Of a stretch of DNA of 64,000 nucleotides, positions 1 to 26,255 are shown one piece after another. The stretch lies in contig NIVC01003661.1 in the NCBI GenBank assembly GCA_002269645.1, positions 20,440 to 84,439 on the forward strand, written 5' to 3'. A model generated the notes under the pieces. That model had not been told where the DNA came from. It did no database searches and worked only from the letters and a program-made list of their open reading frames with translations. Both the position numbers and the translations under genes were made by a program. Position 1 is the first letter of the stretch. Each line of letters begins with the position of its first letter. This stretch comes from Macrostomum lignano. Lineage: Eukaryota.

Positions 1-110
1 AAATTTTACTCAGAACACAAATTTAGCCAAAAACGCCAAACCGACGCCCATTGAAAGTAGCAGATATAGCATATATTGATAGGCCAGGAATAAAAAAGTC
101 TGGCACCAAC

Positions 111-1337
111 CTCAGCAGAACTCCGCCATCTGCGCGGCAAAGGAGGACCGATTCACAGTCAACTCCAATTAATAGTTTTCGTCGCTGACAGTCTTTGACG
201 GGATGAAAGTGACAGCCGTAAGCGGCTCCGTTTGCCACCTGTTCTAGGGTTGTCGTGCGAGCAGCTTCGGTTGGGTGCTGGTGGCCAGCGCGCCTGAGAG
301 CCTCCAGGTGAAATAGCTGCCTGTGAGGACATTCAAAATGATTTTCTAAATCTTAAAATAACCTTGACCTCCCATAATGACCCCTGATAACCCTAAAAAC
401 CCAGAACGAATAGGCCTCCAGAATGACCTTGACCTGTGACCTGCTACCAGAGTGATCGTGACTTCCCTGAGTGACCTTGACAGGGTGACCTTGAACTCGC
501 TGCTGGGTGATCTTGGACTCCCTGCTGGGCGACCTTGGACTCGCGGCTTGGTGACCTTGGACTCCCAGAATTACTATATGAATTTCTTAGGCTAGGCCTT
601 GACCTCAACCTACGATGCCCACCCCAGAGACTGGCTCACCGAGTCGCCTCTTCCACCAGCATATGGGGCTGCACGAAGAACCTGACAGCCAGGCGCAACT
701 GGCAGCGGCCGGGCCGGGGCACCTGCTTGGCGAGCCGATTGCGGCTGTTGACCCAGAGCTCCTCGCCTCGGCTGCCTGGATAGGTCAAGCCGAAATAGTC
801 CGCCTCCTCGAATACGCCCTCACTGCGGCACAACTGCAAACATGTTGGGAGCGGGCGGGTTCAGCTAAATAGATTTAAATTCTCTAGTAATATGCCAACA
901 ATATGCTGGTAGTTAGTAGACATAAGCGAATTTTCAGACGGGCATAGCAAAATGGGTGTCTTTCATTGTTGCTCTTAGCTACAAGACCTCTTCTGTATGC
1001 CAGAAACTAAAATTAGACGTCGCACCCGAATATTCGAATGTTTATTTTTATCTAAGTCAGTGAGCATTGTGACATTGTCAGATTTTTTTACCGAAATCCC
1101 TGCTTAGCTGTGTATGTTTTCACTTTTTGCTAAGATTTTTGGTACTAACTGAATTTTTTGACTACTGCTTAACTCACAGAAAGCAAGAAACTCAGTCACT
1201 GCTCAGGTCGCCAAATCAAACTGCAAAATTTTGCTCACCAATTTAATGCAGTCGTATCCACTGGCACTTTTGTCGAACGAGACAACCCGAACTCGCCCGT
1301 CTGGCAGAGTCACTTCGTAGTGAACGAGGCAACTCAT
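111..1337 (-). CDS. MYLIP: FERM-domain protein, MYLIP/IDOL-like (E3 ligase family); first three coding exons, gene continues beyond the window start
   Basis: Phase-consistent GT-AG exons 1337-1239 (MSCLVHYEVTLPDGRVRVVSFDKSASGYDCIKL), 833-640 (LCRSEGVFEEADYFGLTYPGSRGEELWVNSRNRL...RLAVRFFVQPHMLVEEATR) and 320-111 (QLFHLEAL...YGCHFHPVKDCQRRKLLIGVDCESVLLC). From memory these match MYLIP motifs [30 protein letters not shown] and [20 protein letters not shown]. The RING domain is not in the window. Confidence 0.8.
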
Positions 1338-2467
1338 TTTATTTTGAAAAAAAATTCTTTAAAATAGTTAATTGTTAGGACAATTGCGATTGTTTCATGA
1401 AGGCAAATCAACACACTCACTGTTTGTTTGAACAGACGCTTTTGTATGGCGTATGCTGTGTGCGCAATCCTGTTTTATATAAGAGGAATTCCGGGGGTGA
1501 GAATCTGAAATCGCACACGCCACATGCGCATGGGGCTTCCTTTTCCATCCTCTCCTACTGTGGTAACCCGAAATTTGGCGAGTGAGGAATGGTTTCTTGT
1601 CAAGGTCAATTCGTGCAGGGCCACGCAGCATGCGCGTGGCGCACTCAAAGCCGGGAGAATGGGGTTGCCTCGATTCTATTTTTAGCACTATGCGCCATTT
1701 TCCATTCGCGTGTCGCGTGACCCTTAATAGCAGTGCCTGTAAGTACGCTATGGGCATGGAAATCCAAATGGACCAGATAGATACTACTGACTGCTACTCC
1801 ACATTCCAATGTTCCAAGTTCCAACCAAACAATCTCATTCAAGGAAAAACCTAGGCTTTCGAATCATCTTACATTATCTGTTTCTAACAGATAATTTCAT
1901 ATTCGTAAGCGCAACTCTAGATTGCATGCTCATAAATACTAGCTGAAGTACTAAAAATGTAGTTGCAATCGACTGGCTATGGGATTGATTAAAAAAAACG
2001 GCTCAACTGATTTTCACCAAAACTTGGTTAGAAAATAATTGTTATCTCTGAAATTCATTCCACGATTTGGTAAATCTTCTCTCTTAGAATCCACAGTTTA
2101 TTCAAAGTATACTTATAAGTAAAGCATAGCAATAGTACGAGAGATTAATGCATGAGGCAATAAGCCACAGCTTGGTCCACAATCGAACAGAACAACAAAT
2201 AAGAGTTGTAAGGCTGCTGACACTGTACAAATGATTGAAAGGCGGGAGTCCAGGCGGCGAACAAAAGCACACAATGCTATTTAATAGTTAACAGAAATAG
2301 ATTCAGCAAATATAGGCCGTGTACAGCAAAAGTAAAAACGAGAAAAACAAGAAAGAATGGCAGCTAGTCCAGCAATTTCTTTCAATTATGAAGTTGCTTT
2401 TACCAGTCACGCGGAAAAGTGCATTTCATAGAGAGGAAAGCATTGTACCATTTAATTCAGCTTAATT

Positions 2468-2880
2468 GCATCTGATTGGCTGGCGTATGACACTTGTTAA
2501 CCCAACCCCACTCCCTGCCTAGCTAAACAATCCCCGCCTCTACCCATCAGTTGTATCTGATTGGCTGGCGTATGACACTTGTTAACCCAACCCCACTCCC
2601 TGCCTAGCTAAACAATCCCCGCCTCTACCCATCAGTTGTATCTGATTGGCTGGCGTATGACACTTGTTAACCCACCCCACTTCCTGCCTAGCTAAACAAT
2701 CCCCGCCTCTACCCATCAGTTGTATCTGATTGGCTGGCGTATGACACTTGTTAACCCAACCCCACTCCCTGCCTAGCTAAACAATCCCCGCCTCTACCCA
2801 TCAGTTGTATCTGATTGGCTGGCGTATGACACTTGTTAACCCACCCCACTTCCTGCCTAGCTAAACAATCTCCGCCCGCC
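2468..2880. repeat. 84-85 bp minisatellite, about 5 copies
   Basis: The unit start TCTGATTGGCTGGCGTATGACAC recurs at 2471, 2556, 2641, 2725 and 2810. Confidence 0.95.
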
Positions 2881-2977
2881 TCTAGTCCCCTAATTCCGCT
2901 TGCGTACTATAGAAACTATTGATTAATTTCAACGTTGGTTAAGACTACGCCAAAAAAGAGCTCAAGAAATAATTAGT

Positions 2978-3649
2978 TCATATGACCAGCAGCTGAGTCA
3001 CGATCCAGCCCAGTAAATAGGCAGCCAGCAGCAGAAGCAGCAGAACTCCTTCGTTAAGGGTTAGTAATTTCATCCACAACCAAAGAGGGCCCCTACGCAG
3101 CAGACCCAACAATTGGGACAATCGCTGCCGATTGTACAGATGCGGCTGCTGTTGTTGTTTTCTGGTCAGCAACTTCGATAGAGTGTAGACAGTAAACATG
3201 GCGATGCAGGCCCACTTGTAAAACCAGCACTGGCCGCTGCTGCCGGGCTGAAATGAATGGATAGTAAGGTCTGCATAGTTTACCAATATCACTCGGGCTG
3301 CTTTGCTAGCATTATTGTTAGTGTCCGTGTAGAGATTTTGTCTATATGGTAGATCGCAGCTGCAAATAAGACGAAGCGTTGTCAGGGCGACTGCAAGCTC
3401 AGCTGTGCCCAATATAGATTATGAACTACTCAAACTTTTGAAAAGAATTGTCGAACACTTATGCAACTGTACAACCACACTACCGGCCGCTTTTATCGTA
3501 CAGTTCATTTAAATAAAACTAGTTACCTTGACTATTTTCTTCGAATCTGAGGTCTTCGAGAGGCCCTTGAAGGATATTCACAAAAATCTGTTCCTCCATT
3601 TTAGGTTTAGAAGGAAGAATCCTACTACACAGTGACAATGCAGAAGCAG
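2978..3649 (-). CDS. Unknown protein with C-terminal hydrophobic (tail-anchor-like) segment; last two exons
   Basis: Exon 3649-3527 has a CTAAC branch point, a pyrimidine tract acceptor and is phase 1-1. It joins in frame to exon 3402-2978, which ends ...GVLLLLLLAAYLLGWIVTQLLVI*. Possible upstream exons at 4482-4340, 4207-4134 and 4008-3932 are less certain. No family recognised. Confidence 0.5.
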
Positions 3650-4811
3650 CTGGGTTAGTGTTTAGGCAAAAAGAAGAAATGTTTGCACAAAAGTTCATTA
3701 ATTGTACAGCAGCAGCAGCAGCATGTACACAGCACGACAAAATGAATCCGTTTAAGTGTTACAGAAGTGAGTTCCAGCGCTTGAAAAATGTCCCTACTCG
3801 GGCTTGATGTCAGCCTCCTTTAAACGCTACTTTGACACTCGAGTTAAGCTATTTTAATCTTATAGAATTAATTAAGTTCGCAAAATGATTAGTCTATTTG
3901 TTTACAGCGCAGCCAAATCATCTGTATATACCGTTGGCATTTTCATTAACCAGTCTTGGCTCGGCGGCGAGGGCTGCAATATCGCGGCAATTTCTAGTAA
4001 GTTCCAATCTGACTACTCAAGTCTAATTTGACAGACAGGCATGCACAAACTAATGTACATTCTTATCTCTTCCCATTAAAATTTACGCTCTGACGAAAAT
4101 TTTTCTTTGCATATGCAAATTTTACTACTGTACCTTCAGTAGGCACACATATGGACACAGTTAAAGACACTGGTAGAGAGCAACTAATCCAGTCACATTT
4201 CATCTTTCTCTAAAGAGATTTAAACTAAAATAATTGGAATTTACCATGAGTAATCTATTAAGTGCTAAAGAACCGAGAATTCATATCCGCAAAATTATAA
4301 TTTCCAGCTTAATTCCACGGCAAGTTCATTGAAATTTACCTGAAATTGCAGGTGTACATGTTGAGCCTTCTACTTAACCTGTACATGGATGCAGCACGCA
4401 GATCTGCCATCAGCCGCTCGTTCAAAATACATGTTAAGCATTTGAATACTTTACTGATTTTACAACTTATTTGGCCCAAGGACTACTTAAGTAGAAAAAC
4501 GGAAAAGTATGTTTCTTGGACAAATTTTAGGGGGCATGTTTTACTAAAAATACATTACCGAGAATAGAGGTTTTCATTTTTCAGCACAAAACGTGCAATT
4601 GTTTTTGATAGAAGGCAGACCCAATGTTCATATTTTGGTATGACTTGCCTTTCTGATGGCTCTATTGATTTGGATTTTACGAGCTATGCTAATTTTATTA
4701 TCCTGCGTACATTTCCTGTGCCTAAAATGATTAAAGTGGCACATCTCCACTCATTGGTTCGATGAATGATTCCATTTTATCATTTCTGCTGCACATTTCG
4801 TTACACAGTCA

Positions 4812-4950
4812 GGGATTGCAGCTTAGTGGTTAGAGCGTTGGACCCACGACTGAAAGGTCGAGGGTTCGATTCTCGAATCTCGATCCACTGGAACAATGTG
4901 TCCTTGAGCAAGACACTTAACTCTGCACTGCTTCAGTTCAGTAGGAAAAA
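4812..4950 (+). mobile_element. tRNA-derived SINE (3'-truncated copy) with CORE-like central domain
   Basis: Pol III A box TAGTGGTTAGAGC and B box GGTTCGATTC, followed by GTGTCCTTGAGCAAGACACTTAACTCTG, which resembles the CORE/MIR-type domain. Homologous to the copy at 5265-5556. Confidence 0.8.
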
Positions 4951-5264
4951 ATATCAAAAGATGAGCATTTGTTCAGCGTGCTATTAAGATGTTCTAAACT
5001 TTGTGATAAAAGAATGAAGACCCCCATTCTCCGAGCGAGTGAATAGTAATTAACAAGGACTATTAATTACATTAGAGAATACTCTAATAGAACAGATTAG
5101 ACGGGTACAGATATACGATGACAGGCGTAAATGTTTAATTAGTCATGCTAAGGACTGCTGCAAATCAGTGAACATTATTGAGGCAGCGTATTTAATTGTT
5201 CAACATCAAGCTAAGAGCTTTTAATTGGTCAAATATCGGTCTACGAGTATATATATCGATGATT

Positions 5265-5556
5265 GTAATATAATTATTGATTACACCTGCCCTAATGCCC
5301 AGATATACAACCGACAGCTCAGCCGCAGCCATTGCGCGGCGCGTCTGAAGGCTGCGTACGGCCTTGGGGGGGGGGGTCGCCACACACCCTCAATGACCCC
5401 AGCTAATGCTGGCACCTATTTTACAGCTGGGTGAACTGAAGCACTGCAGAGTTAAGTGTCTTGCTCAAGGACACAAATTGTTCCAGTGGGACCGGGAATC
5501 GAACCCCCGACCTTTCAGTCGTGAGTTCGACGCTCTCACCACTGGGCTACAACCCT
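5265..5556 (-). mobile_element. tRNA-derived SINE (longer copy), inverted relative to 4812-4950
   Basis: Minus strand reads GGGTTGTAGCCCAGTGGTGAGAGC...GGTTCGATTCCC...GTGTCCTTGAGCAAGACACTTAACTCTGCAGTGCTTCAGTTC, then a GC-rich body and an AT-rich tail. Confidence 0.8.
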
Positions 5557-5557
5557 C

Positions 5558-19828
<14,271 letters not shown>

Positions 19829-19928
19829 CGCTAGAGGTGCCTTTTATGGTCCGCGAGGAATTTCTGAAATTAAAAGAAACTTACGGCGATAGGTTTAACA
19901 AGAATCTTCTAAAATCGTCAACTTTCTG

Positions 19929-20430
19929 TAGTCACGTGACTTCAAGCGTCAGATCGAATGCACGACCTTGATCAATTCACGTGACTTCAAGCGTCCGATT
20001 GAATACATGACCTTGAGAAATTCACGTGACTTTAAGCGTCAGATTGAATACACGACCTTGAGAAATTCATGTGATTATACGCTCGTAAGCGTCAGATTGA
20101 ATGCATGACCTTGAGAAATTCATGTGACTTCAAGCGTCAGATTGAATGTACATGACCTTGAGAAATTCACGTGACTTCAAGCGTCCGATTGAATAAATGA
20201 CCTTGAGAAATTCACGTGACTTCAAGCATCAGATTGAATACATGACCTTGAGAAATTCACGTGACTTCAAGCTCCTGGCTTAACTGGCTTTCAAATTACG
20301 AACGCAAGACAGCGTCACAAATAAATTTTAACACTCAGTTTTCAAGACAAAAAAGCTGGGTTAAATATATGAGCTTTGATAAATAAAAATCATGAGCTTC
20401 CTTATGACTTTAAGTAAAGCACGTGACTTC
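19929..20430. promoter_or_regulatory. Putative hexosaminidase promoter: 45-bp tandem repeat carrying CLEAR/E-box (TCACGTGAC) and TCAAGGTCA motifs
   Basis: Perfect GTCACGTGAC at 19931-19940, about 100 bp upstream of the ATG at 19828. TTCACGTGAC at 19976, 20021, 20166, 20211 and 20256; GCACGTGAC at 20419. TGACCTTGA at 20008, 20106, 20153, 20198 and 20243. Function is inferred. Confidence 0.6.
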
Positions 20431-20779
20431 CTCTGGGACTCGTAATATAACGGCAAAGCGTATTTGCAATGCCAATGAACGTGTAGATTAACTTCCACTG
20501 CCTAGCACTCAGTATTATTTGTTTCCAAGGAGAGACTGAAAGAAAAACTGAGCACCAACGCCCACGACACAAACCTCTCAGTAAAATACCGGAGCCGGAG
20601 TGACTTCCCGTGTCTGTTGACTTTTATGCACAGCCCTGCGACCCCGGCCTCGGTCGCTGACTGCACTAGCTAATCTTCACGGGCTAACCCATTGACTCGC
20701 AAAAAACCCAGTTCCAAGCCATTTCCACTCGGGTAGTGACCATACAGCATTCTCAGCACCTTGGCAATCTCATATGGGA

Positions 20780-22290
20780 GAATTTCCCCTCCTAAGAGTC
20801 GAATCCAAAGGAATCTTTCTTAAGAATCTCATGAGAATACAAAGCCAAAGTATCATTTCTAAGAATCTCATCAAGGGAAATCTCTCTAGTTTAGAATCTC
20901 ACCCAGGGGAATCCCTTCACTTGAGAAGCTCACCTAGGGGAATCTATCGAACTGGAGAATCTCACCCAGGGGAATCTCTTCACCTTGAGAATCTCACCCA
21001 GGTGAACCTCTTCATCTTGGGAATCTCACCTAGGGGAATCTATCGAACTGGAGAATCTCACCCAGGGGAATCTCTTCACCTTGAAAATCTCACCCAGGGG
21101 AATCTATCGACCTTGAGAATCTCACCTAGGGGAATCTATCGACCTTGAGAATCTCACCCAGGGGAATCCCTTCACCTTGAGAATCTCACCAGGGGATTCT
21201 CTTCACATTAAGAATCTCACCTAGGGGAATCTATCAACCTGGAGAATCTCACCCAGAGGAATCTCTTCACCTTGAGAATCTCACCCAGGTGAACCTCTTC
21301 ATCTTGGGAATCTCACCTAGGGGAATCTATCGAACTGGAGAATCTCACCCAGGGGAATCTCTTCACCTTGAAAATCTCACCCAGGGGAATCTATCGACCT
21401 TGAGAATCTCACCCAGGGGAATCCCTTCACCTTGAGAATCTCACCAGGGGATTCTCTTCACATTAAGAATCTCACCTAGGGGAATCTATCAACCTGGAGA
21501 ATCTCACCCAGAGGAATCTCTTCACCTTGAGAATCTCACCCAGGGGAACCTCTTCATCTTGGGAATCTCACCTAGGGGAATCTATCGAACTGGAGAATCT
21601 CACCCAGGGGAATCTCTTCACCTTGAGAATCTCATCCAGGGGAATCCCTTGACCTTAAGAATCTCAACTAGGGAAATATATCAAACTGGAGAATCTCACC
21701 CAGGGGAATCTCTTCACCTTGAAAATCTTACCCAGGGGAATCTCTTCACCTTGAGAATCTCACCCAGGGGAACCTCTTCATCTTGGGAATCTCACCTAGG
21801 GGAATCTATCGAACTGGAGAATCTCACCCAGGGGAATCTCTTCACCTTGAGAATCTCACTCAGGGGAATCTATCGACCTTGAGAATCTCACCCAGGGGAA
21901 TCCCTTCACTTTGAGAATCTCACCCAGGGGATTCTCTTCACCTTAAGAATCTCAGCTAGGGGAATCTATCAACCTGGAGAATCTCACCCAGAGGAATCTC
22001 TTCACCTTGAGAATCTCACCTAGGGGAATCTATCGACCTGGAGAATCTCACCCAGGGGATCAATCTCTTTACCTTGGGAATCTCACCTAGGTAAATCCCT
22101 TCACCTTGAGAATCTCACCCAGGGAAATCCTTCACCTTGAGAATCTCACTCAGGGGAATCTATTGACCTTGAGAATATCACCCAGGGAAATCCCTTCACC
22201 TTGAGAATCTCACTCAGGGGAATCTATCAACCTAGAGAATCTCACGAATCTCACTCAGGGGAATCTATTGACCTTGAGAATCTCTTACCT
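20780..22290. repeat. Degenerate minisatellite of about 32 bp with multi-unit higher-order structure
   Basis: GAGAATCTCACCCAGGGGAATCTCTTCACCTT-type units. Confidence 0.9.
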
Positions 22291-22620
22291 CAATCTTACC
22301 TGCTGTGCCTTCGGTGAAGGAAGTCCCTTATTCACTTGCGCAACATTGCCAGCTTTGTGCATGCGGCGTGCTTCATACTCTCAATTTTGCTCAATAGCTC
22401 TGCTACTCTTTATTACGAAAAATACAAAGATGCAGGGGAGAATTGCCATAGACAATGCTGGCAGCGAAATGATAGCATAAAGTGCATGCAACAATCACCC
22501 AGGGGAGTCTCTCTACCTTGAATTGAGGCACCGTGGCAATATTGGCACAGCAGTTGCGGTGTGCGCTAAATAACGCTCGTAATTTCACTCGGACTCTATC
22601 GAGAGCATGTGCTAGCTGGC

Positions 22621-22669
<49 letters not shown>

Positions 22670-23292
22670 CACTTACATGCTGATTGCTAGGGTAGCTGAG
22701 ATAAGCAGAATTTAACTGCCGAGTCGCGCGGGCCTGCTGTCTCTCTCAACTCGGGGCAGTAGTGCTTGCTGACAGGCATTCATTATTAGTAAGCTTAAGG
22801 TGGGCAGAAACACAATTGATCCCCAGTATGGCGTGGGGCTGGGCAGCAACAACAATGCAGGCAGTTCCCTCCACCTCACCTAGTCTCCCGCACTCCCGCC
22901 ATTCAAATCTGCCGCGATATCTGCTTTTTCCTCTGAAAGCAGACAGACTGGGAGAAGAGAGAGGAGAGCTTTGCTGGCAGCAGGAGGCTCTCAGCTCCCA
23001 ATTCTGCGGATGTGTCCAATGCCTGCAGAGGCTGTACGAGCAGCCTGAGTACAGGCAATGCGTGCTCAGGAAGCTGAACACCTCTCCATTGTCCTATGCT
23101 AGTTAGTGCTCTGCAGTCACCCAGTCTGCTTTCGGAGCTCTTCTTTAGGTAAGCTCAAGAATTTCCGAGCTGTATAAAAACCTTTTTGTTTGCTTTTCGG
23201 TTGGCAATTCTGTGTGCGGCCATTGCGCTTGCAGGATTGGCGTGAACTTTGGAACGGAACGTCATGCGATGTGTACTTAGGCTTACGTGTGT

Positions 23293-25308
23293 AGGATAGG
23301 ATAGGCAAGGATAGGATAGGATAGGATAGGATAGGATAGAATATGATAGAATAGGACAGGATAGGATAGGATAGGATAGAATATGATAGAATAGGATAGA
23401 ATAGGATAGAATAGGATAGAATAGGATAGAATAGGATAGAATAGGATAGAATAGGATAGAATAGGATAGAATAGGATAGAATAGGATAGAATAGGATAGG
23501 ATAGGATAGGGTAGAATAGGATAGGATAGGATAGGATAGGATAGGATAGGATAGAATAGGATAGGATAGGATAGGATAGAATAGGATAGGATAGGCAAGG
23601 ATAGGATAGGATAGGATAGGATAGGATAGGATAGGTTAGAATAGGACAGGATAGGATAGGATAGGATAGAATATGATAGAATAGGATAGAATAGGATAGA
23701 ATAGGATAGAATAGGATAGAATAGGATAGAATAGGATAGAATAGGATAGAATAGGATAGAATAGGATAGAATAGGATAGAATAGGATAGGATAGGATAGG
23801 ATAGGATAGGATAGGGTAGAATAGGATGGGATAGGATAGGATAGGATAGAATATAATAGGATAGGATAGAATAGGATAGAATAGGATAGAATAGGATAGA
23901 ATAGGATAAGATAGGATAGAATAGAATAGGATAGGCTAGGATAGAATAGCAAAGAATAGAATAGAATAGGACAAGATAGGATGGGATAGGATAGGATAGG
24001 ATAGAACATGATAGAATAGGATAGAATAGGATAGAATAGGATAGAATAGGATAGAATAGGATAGGATAGGATAGGATAGGATAGGGTAGAATAGGAAAGG
24101 ATAGGATAGAATAGGATAGAATAGGATAGAATAGGATAGGATAGGATAGGATAGGATAGAACATGATAGAATAGGATAGAATAGGATAGAATAGGATAGA
24201 ATATGATAGAATAGGATAGGATAGGATAGGATAGGATAGGATAGGGTAGAATAGGATAGGATAGGATACGGTAGAATAGGATAGGATAGGGTAGAATAGG
24301 ATAGGATAGGATAGGATAGGATAGGATAGGATAGGATAGGATAGGATAGGATAGGATAGGATAGGATAGGATAGGGTAGAATAGGATAGGATAGGATAGA
24401 ATAGGATAGGATAGGATAGGATAGGATAGGATAGGATAAAATAGGATAGGATAGGATTGGATAGGATAGAATAGGATAAGATAGGATGGGATAGGATAGG
24501 ATAGGATAGAATATGATAGAATAGGATAGAATAGGATAGGATAGGATAGGATAGGATAGGATAGGATAGGATAGGATAGGATAGGATACGGTAGAATAGG
24601 ATAGGATAGGGTAGAATAGGATAAGATAGGATAAGATAGGATGGGATAGGATAGGGTAGAATAGGATAGGATAGGGTAGAATAGGATAGGATAGGATAGG
24701 ATAGGATAGGATAGGATGGGATAGGATAGGATAGGATAGAATATGATAGGATAGGATAGAATAGGATAGAATAGGATAGGATAGGATAGGATATGGTAGA
24801 ATAGGATAAGATAGGATAGAATAGGATAGGATAGAAAAGGATAGAATAGGGTAGAATAGGATAGGATAGAATAGGATAGGATAGGACAGGACAGGATAGG
24901 ATAGGATAGGATACGATAGAATAGGATAGAATAGGATAGGATAGGATAGGATAGGATAGAATGGGATAGGATAGGATAGGATAGGATAGTATAGAATGGG
25001 ATAGAATAGGATAGGATAGGAAAGGATAGGATTGGATAGAACAGGATAGAATAGGATAGGATAGGAAAGGATAGGATAGGATAGAACAGGATAGAATAGG
25101 ATAGGAAAGGATAGGATTGGATAGAACAGGATAGAATAGGATAGGATAGGAAAGGATAGGATTGGATAGAACAGGATAGAATAGGATAGGATAGGAAAGG
25201 ATAGGATTGGATAGAGCAGGATAGAATAGGATAGGAAAGGATAGGATTGGATAGAACAGGATAGAATAGGATAGGAAAGGATAGGATTGGATAGAACAGG
25301 ATAGATAA
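23293..25308. repeat. (ATAGG/ATAGA)n pentanucleotide satellite
   Basis: Direct reading; this is the source of the long YPILS ORFs. Confidence 0.97.
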
Positions 25309-25954
25309 ATCCAAATTTCCTCACCATTGGCAAGGCCAGAAGCTGAATGAGAACTGAATGTCCGCCAGCAGAGCCGAGCGGACCGATCGAATGTATTGAG
25401 ATAGCAGACATCCGCCCTGGCTACCAAATCAGGACCAATGCCTCACTATGCTGTTTTACACGAGGTATGCATGCATATACCAGTATTAAGAATCACTATA
25501 CGCTGCGCAAGCTCGCAGTCGGGCAATCTTAGTAAAAATGCCGCCCTCTCCCACCTTCTGCCTCTCTCTCTCTGCCCCGTGTGGCTCAGCTCGGCAGGCA
25601 GTTTCGCCAACTGCATTTTCTTCCATTGGCTGTCGCGCGGTCCCACAGCAACAATGCGTCGTGCGCTATAGTGGAGTTCGAACAAATAGTAAGCACACAG
25701 CTGCCCTTGCAATTGTCCATTGTGCTGGAAGGCCAGTCTGGTGCTGACCCCTGAGTCAGTGTGCACGAAGTGCACAGTGCACACCTTCTGCCCCCAACTC
25801 CACAATGACGTTATGCTGTACTCAAAATTACTGCGCCAATTACAGTCAAAGGGTTGTCAGAATTTTCATTCAATCAGTTTTGACAAGCTGAAATAGATGC
25901 GTTTGTGAATTTTGAATTGCAGTTGCGCGTCTGAACTCGACTCCGTCTGAACGG

Positions 25955-26240
25955 GCGTATGTGTATGTAAGCGTATGTGTATGTAAGCGTATGTGTATGT
26001 AAGCGTATGTGTATGCAAGCGTATGTGTATGTAAGCGTATGTGTATGTAAGCGTATGTGTATGTAAGCGTATGTGTATGTAAGCGTATGTGTATGTAAGC
26101 GTATGTGTATGCAAGCGTATGTGTATGTAAGCGTATGTGTATGTAAGCGTATGTGTATGTAAGCGTATGTGTATGCAAGCGTATGTGTATGTAAGCGTAT
26201 GTGTATGCAAGCGTATGTGTATGTAAGCGTATGTGTATAC
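25955..26240. repeat. 16-bp minisatellite
   Basis: Unit GCGTATGTGTATGTAA. Confidence 0.95.
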
Positions 26241-26255
26241 AAGCGTACATGCATA

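Noticed and set aside
3740-3790. Stop-codon readthrough (in-frame TAA) in the unknown TM gene
   Set aside because: A much better acceptor with branch point exists at 3649, making this stretch intronic.
4812-5556. Functional tRNA genes
   Set aside because: A and B boxes are present, but the anticodon stem does not pair and the sequence runs into a shared SINE body.
20780-22290. NF-kB-like GGGGAATCCC sites in the repeat
   Set aside because: Only a minority of units match and there is no functional link to a neighbouring gene; likely chance given the number of arrays examined.
23155-25427. ORFs of 491-719 aa rich in YPILS
   Set aside because: Artefact of the (ATAGG)n satellite.
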